From the IMG/VR virus record IMGVR_UViG_3300021963_000041, positions 1 to 64,000 of that record: DNA of 64,000 nt. One strand, given 5' to 3'. This DNA comes from a virus. A program made the position numbers and the translations under genes. Below the pieces are notes generated by a model. It was not told the DNA's origin. It worked only from the letters and a program-made list of their open reading frames with translations, and ran no database searches. This document shows positions 36,981 to 46,534 of this stretch, piece after piece; the first letter of the stretch is position 1; every line of letters begins with the position of its first letter.

Positions 36981-37858
36981 GATTTAAGTCTCTCCTTTTT
37001 AGGACACAAAACCTCTTCACTAGCATATGGACAGTACTTACAAGCTGAACACGCAATTGCTGGATATTGACCTTCCATATTGTAGGTTCCATCCTCATTG
37101 AATGCACTCTGTACAAAGTCAATAAACATCTTACCAATCTTGTTTCTTGTAGGTTTACCACTAGCCGGAACAAATGTTTGAATACGCTTCATTGGGAAGT
37201 CACTATTCTCATTAATATTTCGACGTACAATTATATACTCCACATCTATCAGATCAGGATCAATACCTAACTGCTTTGCATAGAACTCCTTATATAGGAT
37301 TAGCTGAGCTGTCTTTGTTTGGTCAGCCTTTTGATATTTGTTCCACCCTTGGTTACTAGTCTTCAAGTCGATTATTTTATATCGTCCTGTGTTAGTTTCC
37401 TTAATAACAATATCAATGAACCCATTGAACTCAATGTTATTAATCAACCCCTGGTTTAATGGAATCTCAATACCAACTAACTCTGTATTCTTAGTACTGA
37501 AGTATTCTCTACGATGTCGTTGAAAGTACTTGAGGATAGCTGCTCCCTCCATATAAAACTGAGCGAGCTCTTGAGGTGTTGAGTAATGCACTCCACCATT
37601 CTTGGTAAGTGACTCCTTGTACTCCTCAAACAACGCTTGTTTAAGAGCCTCCTCTAAATCTATTGAGTCAGCCTCTTTGACTGACTTGAAGTATAAAACT
37701 TGTAAATAATCTTGGACAGTTTTGTGAAAGGCAGTACCAAAACAAGTGTTAATGGTTTGCTCATACTTTCTAAGACCATCGATATAATCAAGTTTCCATC
37801 TTCTAGGACAATTCGCGTATAGAGAGAATTGTGAATATGAAACTGTCTTTTTTGCCAT
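36977..37858 (-). CDS. Cas4-like PD-(D/E)xK exonuclease with Fe-S cysteines
   Basis: SYSQ..CPR, FGTAFH, GFID, IIDLKT, QL.LY, C..C.YC......C; leaderless promoter at 37863-37893. Confidence 0.85.
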   Translation of the reverse strand: MAKKTVSYSQFSLYANCPRRWKLDYIDGLRKYEQTINTCFGTAFHKTVQDYLQVLYFKSVKEADSIDLEEALKQALFEEYKESLTKNGGVHYSTPQELAQFYMEGAAILKYFQRHRREYFSTKNTELVGIEIPLNQGLINNIEFNGFIDIVIKETNTGRYKIIDLKTSNQGWNKYQKADQTKTAQLILYKEFYAKQLGIDPDLIDVEYIIVRRNINENSDFPMKRIQTFVPASGKPTRNKIGKMFIDFVQSAFNEDGTYNMEGQYPAIACSACKYCPYASEEVLCPKKERLKS

Positions 37859-37893
37859 ACAATAAAGATACTAAATTAATTTTAATCTAGCAA

Positions 37894-38112
37894 CTAGAGT
37901 GTATCGTTTTCTGGCAAGAAATCTTTATTAATATGACCACAGTGAGCGCAAGCAAATGCTTGGACAGGAGTCAGCATTTCTTGACCAGTAGGCGATACGA
38001 TAGGTGAGAATCTTTTGATAAGGTAGTTCACTACAAACTTCTCACTACCACACTCTTCGCAAGTATATGTGTCAGCTTGCGAGAAATCTAATTGTTGTTG
38101 TAATTGTTGCAT
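37894..38112 (-). CDS. Zinc-ribbon protein
   Basis: CEEC...CAHC. Confidence 0.7.
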   Translation of the reverse strand: MQQLQQQLDFSQADTYTCEECGSEKFVVNYLIKRFSPIVSPTGQEMLTPVQAFACAHCGHINKDFLPENDTL

Positions 38113-38117
38113 AGTTT

Positions 38118-38139
38118 AAAAAAGGGGGCCGAAGCCCCC
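38118..38139 (-). terminator. Intrinsic terminator after groEL
   Basis: GGGGGC-TTCG-GCCCCC-TTTTTT. Confidence 0.9.
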
Positions 38140-38148
38140 GTTTATTGA

Positions 38149-39756
38149 TTAATAGTATGCCGGTGCAGACCCTTTCTCATCCTTCTCTTCAGGATCAAAA
38201 CTAATCACACACTCGGTTGTTAATAACGTACTAGCTGCTGATGTAGCTAACTCGATTGCTGTTCGTGTAACCTTAGTTGGATCAATGATACCAGCTACAA
38301 ACATATCAACAAAGCGATCATTACGAGCATCATAACCCCAAGTATCACTATCAATGTTTGCTACTAAAGCTTCAGCACTCTTTCCTGCATTCTCTACGAT
38401 TGCTTTGAAAGGTGCAAAGCATGCTCTCTTAACAATCTTAACTCCAACCTCTTGGTCTTCGTTCTCGACCTCAACATCAATCTGTGAGGCATTGTAAAGA
38501 GCAATACCACCACCTGGTACGATTCCCTCTTCAACAGCTGCACGAGTTGCATGCAATGCATCGTCTACACGATCTTTCTTCTCTTTGAGTTCAATCTCTG
38601 TTGCTGCTCCAATATTCAATACTGCAACACCACCGATCAACTTACTCATACGCTCTTTCAAGAATTGCTTCTCATAATCGCTATCAGCTTTCTCATACTG
38701 AGCTTTGATTTCTTCGATACGAGCCTTGATAGCTTCTGTATCACCAGCACCGTCAACGATGATAGTCTCATTTTGTGAAACAGTCACTGTACGTGAAGTA
38801 CCTAGCATCTCAATTGTCAGTTTCTCCAACTTCATTGCCTTTTGTTGAGCAACAACAGTACCACCAGTTAAGATAGCGATATCTTCTAGGTTGTGAATCT
38901 TACGATCACCAAATCCTGGAGCTTTGATTGCAACCACATTCAAGATACCACGAGCTTTGTTGAGTACTAATGCAGCTAAAGCTTCACCATCTACATCGTC
39001 AGCGATGATTACGAGTGGTTTGTTTTGCTTACTGCAAGTTTCCAATAATGGTAAGATGTCCTTGACAGAGCTAATCTTACGGTCGTAGATCAAGATGTAC
39101 GGATTCTCCAATGTAGTCGTCATTGTGTTGTTGTTTGTTGCAAAGTAAGGTGAAACAAATCCACGCTCAATCTGCATACCTTCAACAATCTCCAAAGTAG
39201 TCTCTGAGGTCTTAGACTCATCTACTTGGATTACACCATTCTTACCAACACTTTCCATAGCTTCTGCAATGATTGCTCCGATTGTAGAATCATTGTTAGC
39301 TGAAATAGTTGCTACTTGCTGAATCTCTTCATTTGTAACTACATCACGACTCATCTCACGAAGATTGTCAATAACCGCTGCAGATGCTTTATCCATACCA
39401 CGCTTAAGCTCGATAGGATTGTGACCAGCATTGATTGCTTTCAAACCTTCATTGTACATATAAGCTGCCAATACGGTTGCTGTAGTTGTACCATCACCAG
39501 CCATTTTAGCTGCTTTCATTGAAACCTCTTTTAAGGCCTGTGCACCTGCATTCTCTACTGGATCTTTTAGATAAATCTCCTTCGCTACTGATACACCATC
39601 CTTTGTGATAACTGGACCACCATGCTCACGTTCAATCATTACGTTACGTCCTTTTGGACCTAAAGTTGCTTGAACTGCTGATGATAACTGATTAACACCA
39701 CTACGCACTTTGTCGCGCGCTTCTGAATTGAAACTTAAAACCTTTGTCTTGCTCAT
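38149..39756 (-). CDS. groEL: Chaperonin GroEL
   Basis: [44 protein letters not shown]; lacks GGM tail. Confidence 0.97.
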   Translation of the reverse strand: MSKTKVLSFNSEARDKVRSGVNQLSSAVQATLGPKGRNVMIEREHGGPVITKDGVSVAKEIYLKDPVENAGAQALKEVSMKAAKMAGDGTTTATVLAAYMYNEGLKAINAGHNPIELKRGMDKASAAVIDNLREMSRDVVTNEEIQQVATISANNDSTIGAIIAEAMESVGKNGVIQVDESKTSETTLEIVEGMQIERGFVSPYFATNNNTMTTTLENPYILIYDRKISSVKDILPLLETCSKQNKPLVIIADDVDGEALAALVLNKARGILNVVAIKAPGFGDRKIHNLEDIAILTGGTVVAQQKAMKLEKLTIEMLGTSRTVTVSQNETIIVDGAGDTEAIKARIEEIKAQYEKADSDYEKQFLKERMSKLIGGVAVLNIGAATEIELKEKKDRVDDALHATRAAVEEGIVPGGGIALYNASQIDVEVENEDQEVGVKIVKRACFAPFKAIVENAGKSAEALVANIDSDTWGYDARNDRFVDMFVAGIIDPTKVTRTAIELATSAASTLLTTECVISFDPEEKDEKGSAPAYY

Positions 39757-39758
39757 AT

Positions 39759-40055
39759 TTACTTTTTGATTTTTGTTAGTAAGTCGCGCTCTTGTACGAT
39801 ATGATAGTCTACACCATCATACTCCATTACTTGGGCTGCGAAACGTTGGTAGATTACAATGTCTCCAGGTTTGCAGGTTGTTTCTACAAACAGACTAGGA
39901 GCTGCCCAGAAACCTTTACCGGCTTCTACTACCTCTGCTTTTAAAGTTTTTTGATCATCCACTTCAGGTAATAAGATACCACCTGAGCTAATTTCATCCT
40001 GTTCGACAGGTTTGCATACTAGCTTATCGCTAATAGGTTCGAATACACTACTCAT
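39759..40055 (-). CDS. groES: Co-chaperonin GroES
   Basis: P..D.., SSGGILLP, GD.V and ERDLL; adjacent to groEL. Confidence 0.9.
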   Translation of the reverse strand: MSSVFEPISDKLVCKPVEQDEISSGGILLPEVDDQKTLKAEVVEAGKGFWAAPSLFVETTCKPGDIVIYQRFAAQVMEYDGVDYHIVQERDLLTKIKK

Positions 40056-40093
40056 AATTATATAACTGTTGTTTTAATTAATATACGAAAAAA

Positions 40094-40109
40094 AGACCCA
40101 AGAGCAAGC
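40094..40109. repeat. 3' UTR arm complementary to hsp20 5' UTR, followed by U-tract
   Basis: mRNA GCUUGCUCUUGGGUCU-UUUUUU pairs over 16 nt with 40573-40588. Confidence 0.8.
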
Positions 40110-40115
40110 GTTGGT

Positions 40116-40526
40116 TTATTTAATTTGTAACTTTTTTGGTTTAGCTTCTTCTGCAAATGGAATAGTAATGATCAATAGACCATTCTCCATAGCCGCTGTA
40201 CTCTCTGATAAAGTGTACTTTGGTGAGATTTTGTAAGCTAGATTAAATGATCGACGAGCAATACCTCTACACTGATATGTGCGAGCTTCTTCTTCTCCGT
40301 CATGCTGCTTTGGTTTGTTGTAGGACACTTTGAGTACATCAAGTTCGATATCAATATCGACTTCACCTTTACTCAAACCGGTACAAGCGATCTCAAATAC
40401 AAGACCGTCTGAATGTTCGTAAATGTCTACTGGGTGTGGAATTTTGATCTCTGAAATAGATCCGAAACGCGAATGTGCGTTAAATAGGTCCCGGAATAGG
40501 ACGTCAAAAGTGACTTCTGTGTTCAT
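40116..40526 (-). CDS. Small heat-shock protein Hsp20
   Basis: PVDIYE, RGIARRSF and A.MENGLL.I alpha-crystallin motifs. Confidence 0.92.
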   Translation of the reverse strand: MNTEVTFDVLFRDLFNAHSRFGSISEIKIPHPVDIYEHSDGLVFEIACTGLSKGEVDIDIELDVLKVSYNKPKQHDGEEEARTYQCRGIARRSFNLAYKISPKYTLSESTAAMENGLLIITIPFAEEAKPKKLQIK

Positions 40527-40572
40527 AATGTTTACCTCCTTAGATGGTTAATAAAAAATAATTCGTAACTGA

Positions 40573-40588
40573 GCTTGCCCTCAGGTCT
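40573..40588. repeat. 5' UTR arm of hsp20 long-range stem
   Basis: mRNA AGACCUGAGGGCAAGC, 3 nt after TATTTATA. Confidence 0.8.
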
Positions 40589-40613
40589 GTATATAAATAG
40601 GGAGGGATTCGTT

Positions 40614-42857
40614 TTAAACGTGTCCCTCTCCAAAATTTAATGCGATGTTTGGCTCAGCAATCAATCCAGTTGGAATAGTTACTGTGTTCTCCATGTGATG
40701 CTTAACGATCTTAGATACCTCTTCAGCAATTTCTGCCGGTGCATTCACAACAAACTCATCATGAATCTGCAGCATGATATATGCATCCAATCCCTTCTCT
40801 TTGAACTCTTTGTGGATTGCAATAGCTGATCGGTTCATAATAGATGCAGCTAGTGATTGAATCTGGAAGTTCTTTGAGTTGTTAAGACCGTTCTTATACT
40901 CCATACGCAGTTGCATAATCTTCTGAGTCTGCTCAGGAGTCTTACACATACTCTTCATCATCTTAAACGATCTAGGTTCAATCAAGTTATCCTCGAACTT
41001 CTCATAAATCTGCTTCACACGATCCAAGTGACGAATACGTCCAGTCTTGTTCTTGATATACCCAAACGATTGAGCACGCAAGTGAGTATCACTCATCCAC
41101 TTAGCTAGCTCAGGAAAACCCTCAAGATAACCATCGATCAACTTCTGTGCTTCATTCATGTTAATGTTGAGAGATTGACCAATCTGCCAAGCTCCAGCTC
41201 CATAAGGAATTGCAAGTGCAATACCTTTAGCTCTCTGTCTCAACTCAGGACGCAAAGTCTTCACGAAGTTAGGATCACTCTTCTTAGCTGACATTCCTTT
41301 TAGTTTGAACGCTTGAATAGCAACACGACTATAAAGGTCCTCGTTCTCTAAGAATACGTTGATTAGGTTAGGGTCATTACTTACAGATGCAAACACTCGT
41401 GGCTCTAGTGAAGATTGGTCACAAATAATCAATCGACGACCATCCTCTGCTTTTAAGAAGCTTCGTAGAATATTGTTATACTTTAGTACCAAATCACTCA
41501 CCTCTCCTGGTTCTAATACACGAGGCATTTGCTGACAGTCAGAACTAAAACGTCCTGATGTAGTACCATGCTGCTTAAAGTACCAATAGTAACGACCGTT
41601 CTCGTTCCCATCTAGGAATCGATCAATGTATGCTGAGTTAATCTTGGTCAGTTTGTTGTAGTCACGCAACTTTGCAGCCCATGAATGATCTTTACTAAGA
41701 TGCTCAATCATATCATCGTTGAATTGATCGGTACCTTTGCGAGTCTGACTCATAGGTTTGATCTTCATGTACTTAAATACGATCTCTGCTAACTGCTGCT
41801 TACTACTGATGTTGAGATAGTTTCCTTCTTTCTCTTTCCACATATCCAAACTAATCTTAACAGCATCTCTAGTATCTAAGTCAGCTGGATCACCAGTAGA
41901 TAAGAATCGAGCTACACCATCCGGGTTCTCTGGATTCTCATACTTTTTCAATCGCTCAGCATAGTTACCTCGCTTCTTAGGTGGAAACGACTTTGTTGCT
42001 TTGAACATTACCCACTGCTTAGCAGCTGGAATAGTCATCAGGTCAGATATAATCTCTTGCTCAAGTTTAGCAAGCTCGATGGTGATATCGTTCTTTGTTT
42101 TCTGAATCAACTCCATATCGAGTTCAGTACCCTTCTCTTCCATCTGAATAGTAACAGTCTTGTACAGAGGCATCACCTCATCAACAAAGAAGAAGTCCCA
42201 CAACTCCTGCTCTTTTAGGATTGGTAGGTAGTAAGTCATCACACGAAGAGTTAAGTCAGTATCGGCTGCTGCATAGTTTCCTAGTAGCTGCATATCTGCT
42301 TTGTAAATCTCGTAGTTGTCTTTTGTAGTACTACCACCATTAGCTTTGATATTCTCCTTCATTAGGATCTGCTCCTCGTTGGCTTCTTTCTCGGCATTAA
42401 TACCAAGTTCAGCTTGCAACTCGATTGCAATATCTTTCAAACCAAATGGACCATCCTCTTTGAGAGTATGTCGCAGTAACATCGTATCGCAATAGAGGTC
42501 ATCACGAAGATCAATGCCATAGAAGTTCTTCGTGAACCGAATATCGAACGATCCGTTATGCATTACTAGCTTTTTGCCTTTAAGTAAGTTGATTAGTTGC
42601 TTAGCAACCTCATCACAACTCTTACCATCAATGTAAGAATCTACTAATGCCTGACTATCAGTATCCCAGTATCGTGTTGGGAAGTAATAACCCTCATCGA
42701 TATTTGCAGATACAGAGAAACCAATGATCATTCCTGTTCGAGGATTGACACTGGTTGTCTCAATATCGTATGCGATAATGTTTCCGTTCTTAATATAATT
42801 GGCTAGTTCAACAACACCAGCCATGTCTGTGATAATTTTATATGTTTTCTCCATCAA
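40614..42857 (-). CDS. polA: DNA polymerase family A with 3'-5' exonuclease
   Basis: ExoI YDIETT, ExoII HNGSFD, ExoIII YAAAD; TTSGRFS, motif A CDQSSLEPR, motif B RQRAKGIALAIPYG, motif C IHDE. Confidence 0.95.
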   Translation of the reverse strand: MMEKTYKIITDMAGVVELANYIKNGNIIAYDIETTSVNPRTGMIIGFSVSANIDEGYYFPTRYWDTDSQALVDSYIDGKSCDEVAKQLINLLKGKKLVMHNGSFDIRFTKNFYGIDLRDDLYCDTMLLRHTLKEDGPFGLKDIAIELQAELGINAEKEANEEQILMKENIKANGGSTTKDNYEIYKADMQLLGNYAAADTDLTLRVMTYYLPILKEQELWDFFFVDEVMPLYKTVTIQMEEKGTELDMELIQKTKNDITIELAKLEQEIISDLMTIPAAKQWVMFKATKSFPPKKRGNYAERLKKYENPENPDGVARFLSTGDPADLDTRDAVKISLDMWKEKEGNYLNISSKQQLAEIVFKYMKIKPMSQTRKGTDQFNDDMIEHLSKDHSWAAKLRDYNKLTKINSAYIDRFLDGNENGRYYWYFKQHGTTSGRFSSDCQQMPRVLEPGEVSDLVLKYNNILRSFLKAEDGRRLIICDQSSLEPRVFASVSNDPNLINVFLENEDLYSRVAIQAFKLKGMSAKKSDPNFVKTLRPELRQRAKGIALAIPYGAGAWQIGQSLNINMNEAQKLIDGYLEGFPELAKWMSDTHLRAQSFGYIKNKTGRIRHLDRVKQIYEKFEDNLIEPRSFKMMKSMCKTPEQTQKIMQLRMEYKNGLNNSKNFQIQSLAASIMNRSAIAIHKEFKEKGLDAYIMLQIHDEFVVNAPAEIAEEVSKIVKHHMENTVTIPTGLIAEPNIALNFGEGHV

Positions 42858-43104
42858 TGTGTGTTTCTATACGTTTTTGACATGCAATTAAAGCTTCTAA
42901 CTGACCGTAAGTTAAATCAAACTTAGTCTCCCGGTGATTGAAGTTGATAGTAACTTCATAACCCTCTCCGTTAGACCATTCTGTAACTTCAAGAAAGTCT
43001 CCTCGCTCAGCTTCTTTACCCATAGAGAATGTACACCAATCCTTGAGTGGTACAAATGCGCTAGGGCGTTGTGAGAAATCAATCTCTCTTTTCTTTCCTA
43101 TCAT
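42838..43104 (-). CDS. Hypothetical protein (leaderless promoter 43109-43139)
   Basis: 88 aa; EVTEWSNGEG motif. Confidence 0.7.
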   Translation of the reverse strand: MIGKKREIDFSQRPSAFVPLKDWCTFSMGKEAERGDFLEVTEWSNGEGYEVTINFNHRETKFDLTYGQLEALIACQKRIETHIDGENI

Positions 43105-43140
43105 AAAGTAAAGATACTACCTTTTTTTCGAAAAACCAAC

Positions 43141-43287
43141 TTAAAAGCCAGCCATACTGAGAAACATCTCATATAAAGCATCTTCCAGATAGTGAACACA
43201 CTCTTCGTGCGTACCCTGGAATAACACAGCGTTGGTTGATGAATCTACTACTTGGTACGTGTTGTTAATTAAGTGAAAAATTTCCAT
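43141..43287 (-). CDS. Small protein (48 aa)
   Basis: Manual translation MEIFHLINNTYQVVDSSTNAVLFQGTHEECVHYLEDALYEMFLSMAGF. Confidence 0.6.
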   Translation of the reverse strand: MEIFHLINNTYQVVDSSTNAVLFQGTHEECVHYLEDALYEMFLSMAGF

Positions 43288-43301
43288 AGCTTATTTTGTT
43301 T

Positions 43302-43517
43302 TTAGAATAATTTAGTAGCGTGTGTCCGACGACCGAATCGTAACACTGGTATAGCAGCGTTCTTCTTTTTGAAGTAGTAGTTCAATAGACGATTGTAAGT
43401 CCAGAACTTCTCACGAGATTTAGTTTTCTCGTTGTTATTAAAACTACCTGGTTTCTCATTAAACTCGGTAACTAGTGCGTTGATAATCTCTTCGCGGGTT
43501 TTAAATGTATTTATCAT
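43302..43517 (-). CDS. Hypothetical protein
   Basis: 71-aa basic ORF. Confidence 0.55.
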   Translation of the reverse strand: MINTFKTREEIINALVTEFNEKPGSFNNNEKTKSREKFWTYNRLLNYYFKKKNAAIPVLRFGRRTHATKLF

Positions 43518-43522
43518 ATTTC

Positions 43523-43792
43523 TTATTTATCTTTACGTTGTCCTAATTTGCGAATGCTGTACTCAACCGTAACGGAAGTGACTGCAACCTCATTCAAAAA
43601 GTCATACTTATCAAATGTAATCCAACCTTCTCGAGTTGGTCTTTCAATAGTGTTTCCTGACTGAATCATATTAAACATTTCCTCATCAACTACCATTACA
43701 TCACCAGGACGATAATGTACTGCCGTTCTGCCGAGTCCAGCATCTTCGAGGATTTCATTCTTAACTGTCAATTTAAACTCTCTGTGTGTCAT
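43523..43792 (-). CDS. Hypothetical protein
   Basis: 89 aa, after TTG-N20-GACCTTTA promoter at 43811-43841. Confidence 0.65.
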   Translation of the reverse strand: MTHREFKLTVKNEILEDAGLGRTAVHYRPGDVMVVDEEMFNMIQSGNTIERPTREGWITFDKYDFLNEVAVTSVTVEYSIRKLGQRKDK

Positions 43793-43850
43793 ATCTCTTA
43801 ATCTTATACCTAAAGGTCGTCACTTAATTTCGTATTTGCAACAGTTTGAC

Positions 43851-43891
43851 AAAAAAAAAAATAAAAAAAGCCAACTTTTTATGGTTGGCTT
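43851..43891 (-). terminator. Intrinsic terminator closing the deazaguanine operon
   Basis: AGCCAAC-cataaaaa-GTTGGCT followed by a long T tract. Confidence 0.8.
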
Positions 43892-43912
43892 CTTGACAGG
43901 GTAGAGGTCAGC

Positions 43913-44707
43913 TTATTTGCCGGTCATGCAACTTAGTCGCAAGTACTGCACATTCTTCTTTACTAGCTCCATATCAACATTACTCATGTCGTATGTCTCT
44001 AGGAAGTTGTGTGGAGTTGGAATCCGAGTAGTATGATCTACTCTAAAGTCCTGACCATGTGCAGCCGCTAGTACTGGGAATACTGAGTCTGTGCTGCGCA
44101 TTGCTGGATGATCGTAGTAGGAGAACTCTGTTGGATCACCTTGACCTAAACAGTGGATCGGTTTCAGTAATAGGTTGTGCTCTTTCAAATAGTCATAAGC
44201 CATCCAACGAGCTTCCTTAATACCTTGATCATCTTTGAAGTCTTCTAACCACGCCTGAGGAATTGCAATCTTAGAGAAACCAATTGTGCTAATCCAATCT
44301 TGCTCTAATCCCCATTTGTAAGCTTCTAGCCAATCCTCTTTAGTTTTACCTTGAGGACAGAAGAAGATTTCAGTGCTATCTAACAAGCCTTCAGCTTCCA
44401 TACGGTCGCGGAACTTGATAGCGTTAGCAATCGTAGCATCTTTATCAAACAATACATCTGGTGCGATTACTTCACTAGGTGCTAACTCTTTCACTACGTT
44501 GATCAACACATCTTCAGTCACTAAGGCACGCTCAGCTGCTGAATTGTCTAGTGTGATCCAGCGATCAAGATCCTCATCAATCTGATCATAGATGAACTGT
44601 CTGTACTCTGGTGATTGTACCCACAAATGGGCTAGTACAAACAATCTATCGCCAAGCTTCATCGGCTCTAAATTACTCAAGGGCGATATAACGTATACGT
44701 CCATCAT
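43913..44707 (-). CDS. dpdA: TGT-fold TIM-barrel guanine transglycosylase (DpdA3-like)
   Basis: ITLDNSA, VIAPDV, PQG, IHCLG and STDS motifs in TGT/DpdA order; last gene of the folE/queD/queE operon. Confidence 0.65.
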   Translation of the reverse strand: MMDVYVISPLSNLEPMKLGDRLFVLAHLWVQSPEYRQFIYDQIDEDLDRWITLDNSAAERALVTEDVLINVVKELAPSEVIAPDVLFDKDATIANAIKFRDRMEAEGLLDSTEIFFCPQGKTKEDWLEAYKWGLEQDWISTIGFSKIAIPQAWLEDFKDDQGIKEARWMAYDYLKEHNLLLKPIHCLGQGDPTEFSYYDHPAMRSTDSVFPVLAAAHGQDFRVDHTTRIPTPHNFLETYDMSNVDMELVKKNVQYLRLSCMTGK

Positions 44708-45066
44708 TATAGAGTGATTGAGTAGATTTGTTTGATTACAATTTCGTCTGCATCTACATCCTCTTCTAGTTGTTTTGCTACCGCATAGTCTAGAGATTTT
44801 CCTGGTGTAAGTTCAATCCACATCTCCTCTAAGAATCTAGAAGATTCAATGTTACCAAACTCATCACGTGTTACTTGGAACACTGCTACTTTTACTTGCT
44901 GTCTATTCATATTATTACTTGGATTAAAAATTAAGGAAGTACCACTACTGATAGTAGACCAATTTGTGTTTGGATTTATTGTGGTGGTGTATCCAGCTGT
45001 ATTTGTTGTAAGGATGCAACCGCTAGTGAGGTCACTAGTGGTTCCATAGTGAATTTTAGGCTCCAT
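44707..45066 (-). CDS. Hypothetical protein with Thr-rich N-terminus
   Basis: 119 aa, coupled to folE and the DpdA-like gene. Confidence 0.6.
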   Translation of the reverse strand: MEPKIHYGTTSDLTSGCILTTNTAGYTTTINPNTNWSTISSGTSLIFNPSNNMNRQQVKVAVFQVTRDEFGNIESSRFLEEMWIELTPGKSLDYAVAKQLEEDVDADEIVIKQIYSITL

Positions 45067-45703
45067 AACGACTTTGATCTATAAGGTTAAAAAATTCTTG
45101 TCTTGTACCAATCTCGTTAGTCCAGAAGTATCCTGACATTTGAGATGTCTTCATTACTGATTCATGTTTGATACCACGACACTTAACGCAGTTGTGTTGT
45201 GATTCAATAACTACAGCTACACCGCGATTACCAATACACAAGCGATCAATATGATCATGAATCTGCTTAGTTAATGATTCTTGGATATTTGGACGACGTG
45301 AGTAGAAATCTACAATACGATTCAACTTACTCAATCCAACAACCATATCATCCTTCTCTTTACCTGGAATATATGCTACGTGAGCTACTCCTGAGAATGT
45401 TAGGTTGTGATGTGCACACATACTCATTACTGGAATACGTGTCTGACAAATCAATCCAGTATAACCCTCATCATTAGGGAATGCAGTGATTTCTGGTTCT
45501 GGTGAGATTGATCCTGCGATCAAATCATTAACCCAAGCTTTAGCTACACGATGTGGTGTACGATCACTATGTGGATCAGCTTTCCAATCGAATCCTAATG
45601 CTGTTAAGAATCCACCATAATACTCAGCAGCCTTTTCAATCATCTGCTTTTTCTCCTCTTCTGTACGAGGAATGTTTCCATTTGCTTTTTTAATTAACTC
45701 CAT
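45056..45703 (-). CDS. folE: GTP cyclohydrolase I
   Basis: TPHRVAK, SMCAHH, GLSKL.R, RPNIQE.LT, HNC..CRG. Confidence 0.95.
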   Translation of the reverse strand: MELIKKANGNIPRTEEEKKQMIEKAAEYYGGFLTALGFDWKADPHSDRTPHRVAKAWVNDLIAGSISPEPEITAFPNDEGYTGLICQTRIPVMSMCAHHNLTFSGVAHVAYIPGKEKDDMVVGLSKLNRIVDFYSRRPNIQESLTKQIHDHIDRLCIGNRGVAVVIESQHNCVKCRGIKHESVMKTSQMSGYFWTNEIGTRQEFFNLIDQSRYGA

Positions 45704-45709
45704 CTCTTA

Positions 45710-46177
45710 TTAGTTATTTACTTTAATATACCAATTCTCAAACGCTTTTGCAACACCTCCAAGACCTAACTCCTCATCTCTTGCATCTGCTTCCTCAAAG
45801 CTAAGGTCATCCTTTGCAATCGATCGATCATAGAATCTATATCTACGAACATCGTCAGCAGCTTCTAGCCAAATCATATCAATGTTATCAAAACCAAATT
45901 CATTTACTAAACCCCATACAATACTTGCCTGACGAATACCATCAACAACAACTCTCTCATACTTCTCAATCTCAGCGATTAGTTCTTGAGCAATCTGCAT
46001 ATCAAGGTTCTGTGTGTTTTGTAACTCACTGCGAGTATTCTTACCAGAAACTCTTTTTACAATATCCGACACAGTAATTCGCTTTGCTTTTGTGATGTAA
46101 CATAAAGCATCTGCGTAAGTACTTTTGCCACTGCAGATTTTACCAAATAGTAAAACGATTCTCTTTGTTTGTAACAT
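45710..46177 (-). CDS. Nucleoside monophosphate kinase-like P-loop protein
   Basis: GKICSGKST, VSDIV, VVDGIR, lid RR.R; leaderless promoter at 46182-46212. Confidence 0.75.
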   Translation of the reverse strand: MLQTKRIVLLFGKICSGKSTYADALCYITKAKRITVSDIVKRVSGKNTRSELQNTQNLDMQIAQELIAEIEKYERVVVDGIRQASIVWGLVNEFGFDNIDMIWLEAADDVRRYRFYDRSIAKDDLSFEEADARDEELGLGGVAKAFENWYIKVNN

Positions 46178-46192
46178 GATACGAATATACGA

Positions 46193-46534
46193 CTAAATTT
46201 CTACAATTCCAAAGAATTCTCCATCCTCTGATACAGAACATCTACACAAACCAAAATAGTTTAATAAATCTTCTGCAATCATCTCACAACTCATTGCTCC
46301 AAAGTTGCAGCATCCATAAGCTGGATCGTACCAAGTCTTCGCAATGTGCTGTTTGATTTTATGTTTGAGATCGATAAACTCAATGTCACGATTCCCATGC
46401 GATACCTCCGCTCGGCAAAGGATTTGGAATGTGTGACGATGCAGATGTGCTAAGTACTCTACGTGTGGTAGATTACAATCAGGCCAGTGATGCAGACCTT
46501 CAATATCTAAACGAACTTCTACGAACTTCCTCAT
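46193..46534 (-). CDS. dpdL: QueD paralog, DpdL-like (predicted CDG decarboxylase)
   Basis: T-fold with LxxxHRHxF (LAHLHRHTF), RDIEF, SCE.IA and VSEDGE. Confidence 0.65.
   Translation of the reverse strand: MRKFVEVRLDIEGLHHWPDCNLPHVEYLAHLHRHTFQILCRAEVSHGNRDIEFIDLKHKIKQHIAKTWYDPAYGCCNFGAMSCEMIAEDLLNYFGLCRCSVSEDGEFFGIVEI

Noticed and set aside
36977-37858. CRISPR-Cas locus
   Set aside because: Solo Cas4-like nuclease; no repeat-spacer array or other cas genes seen.
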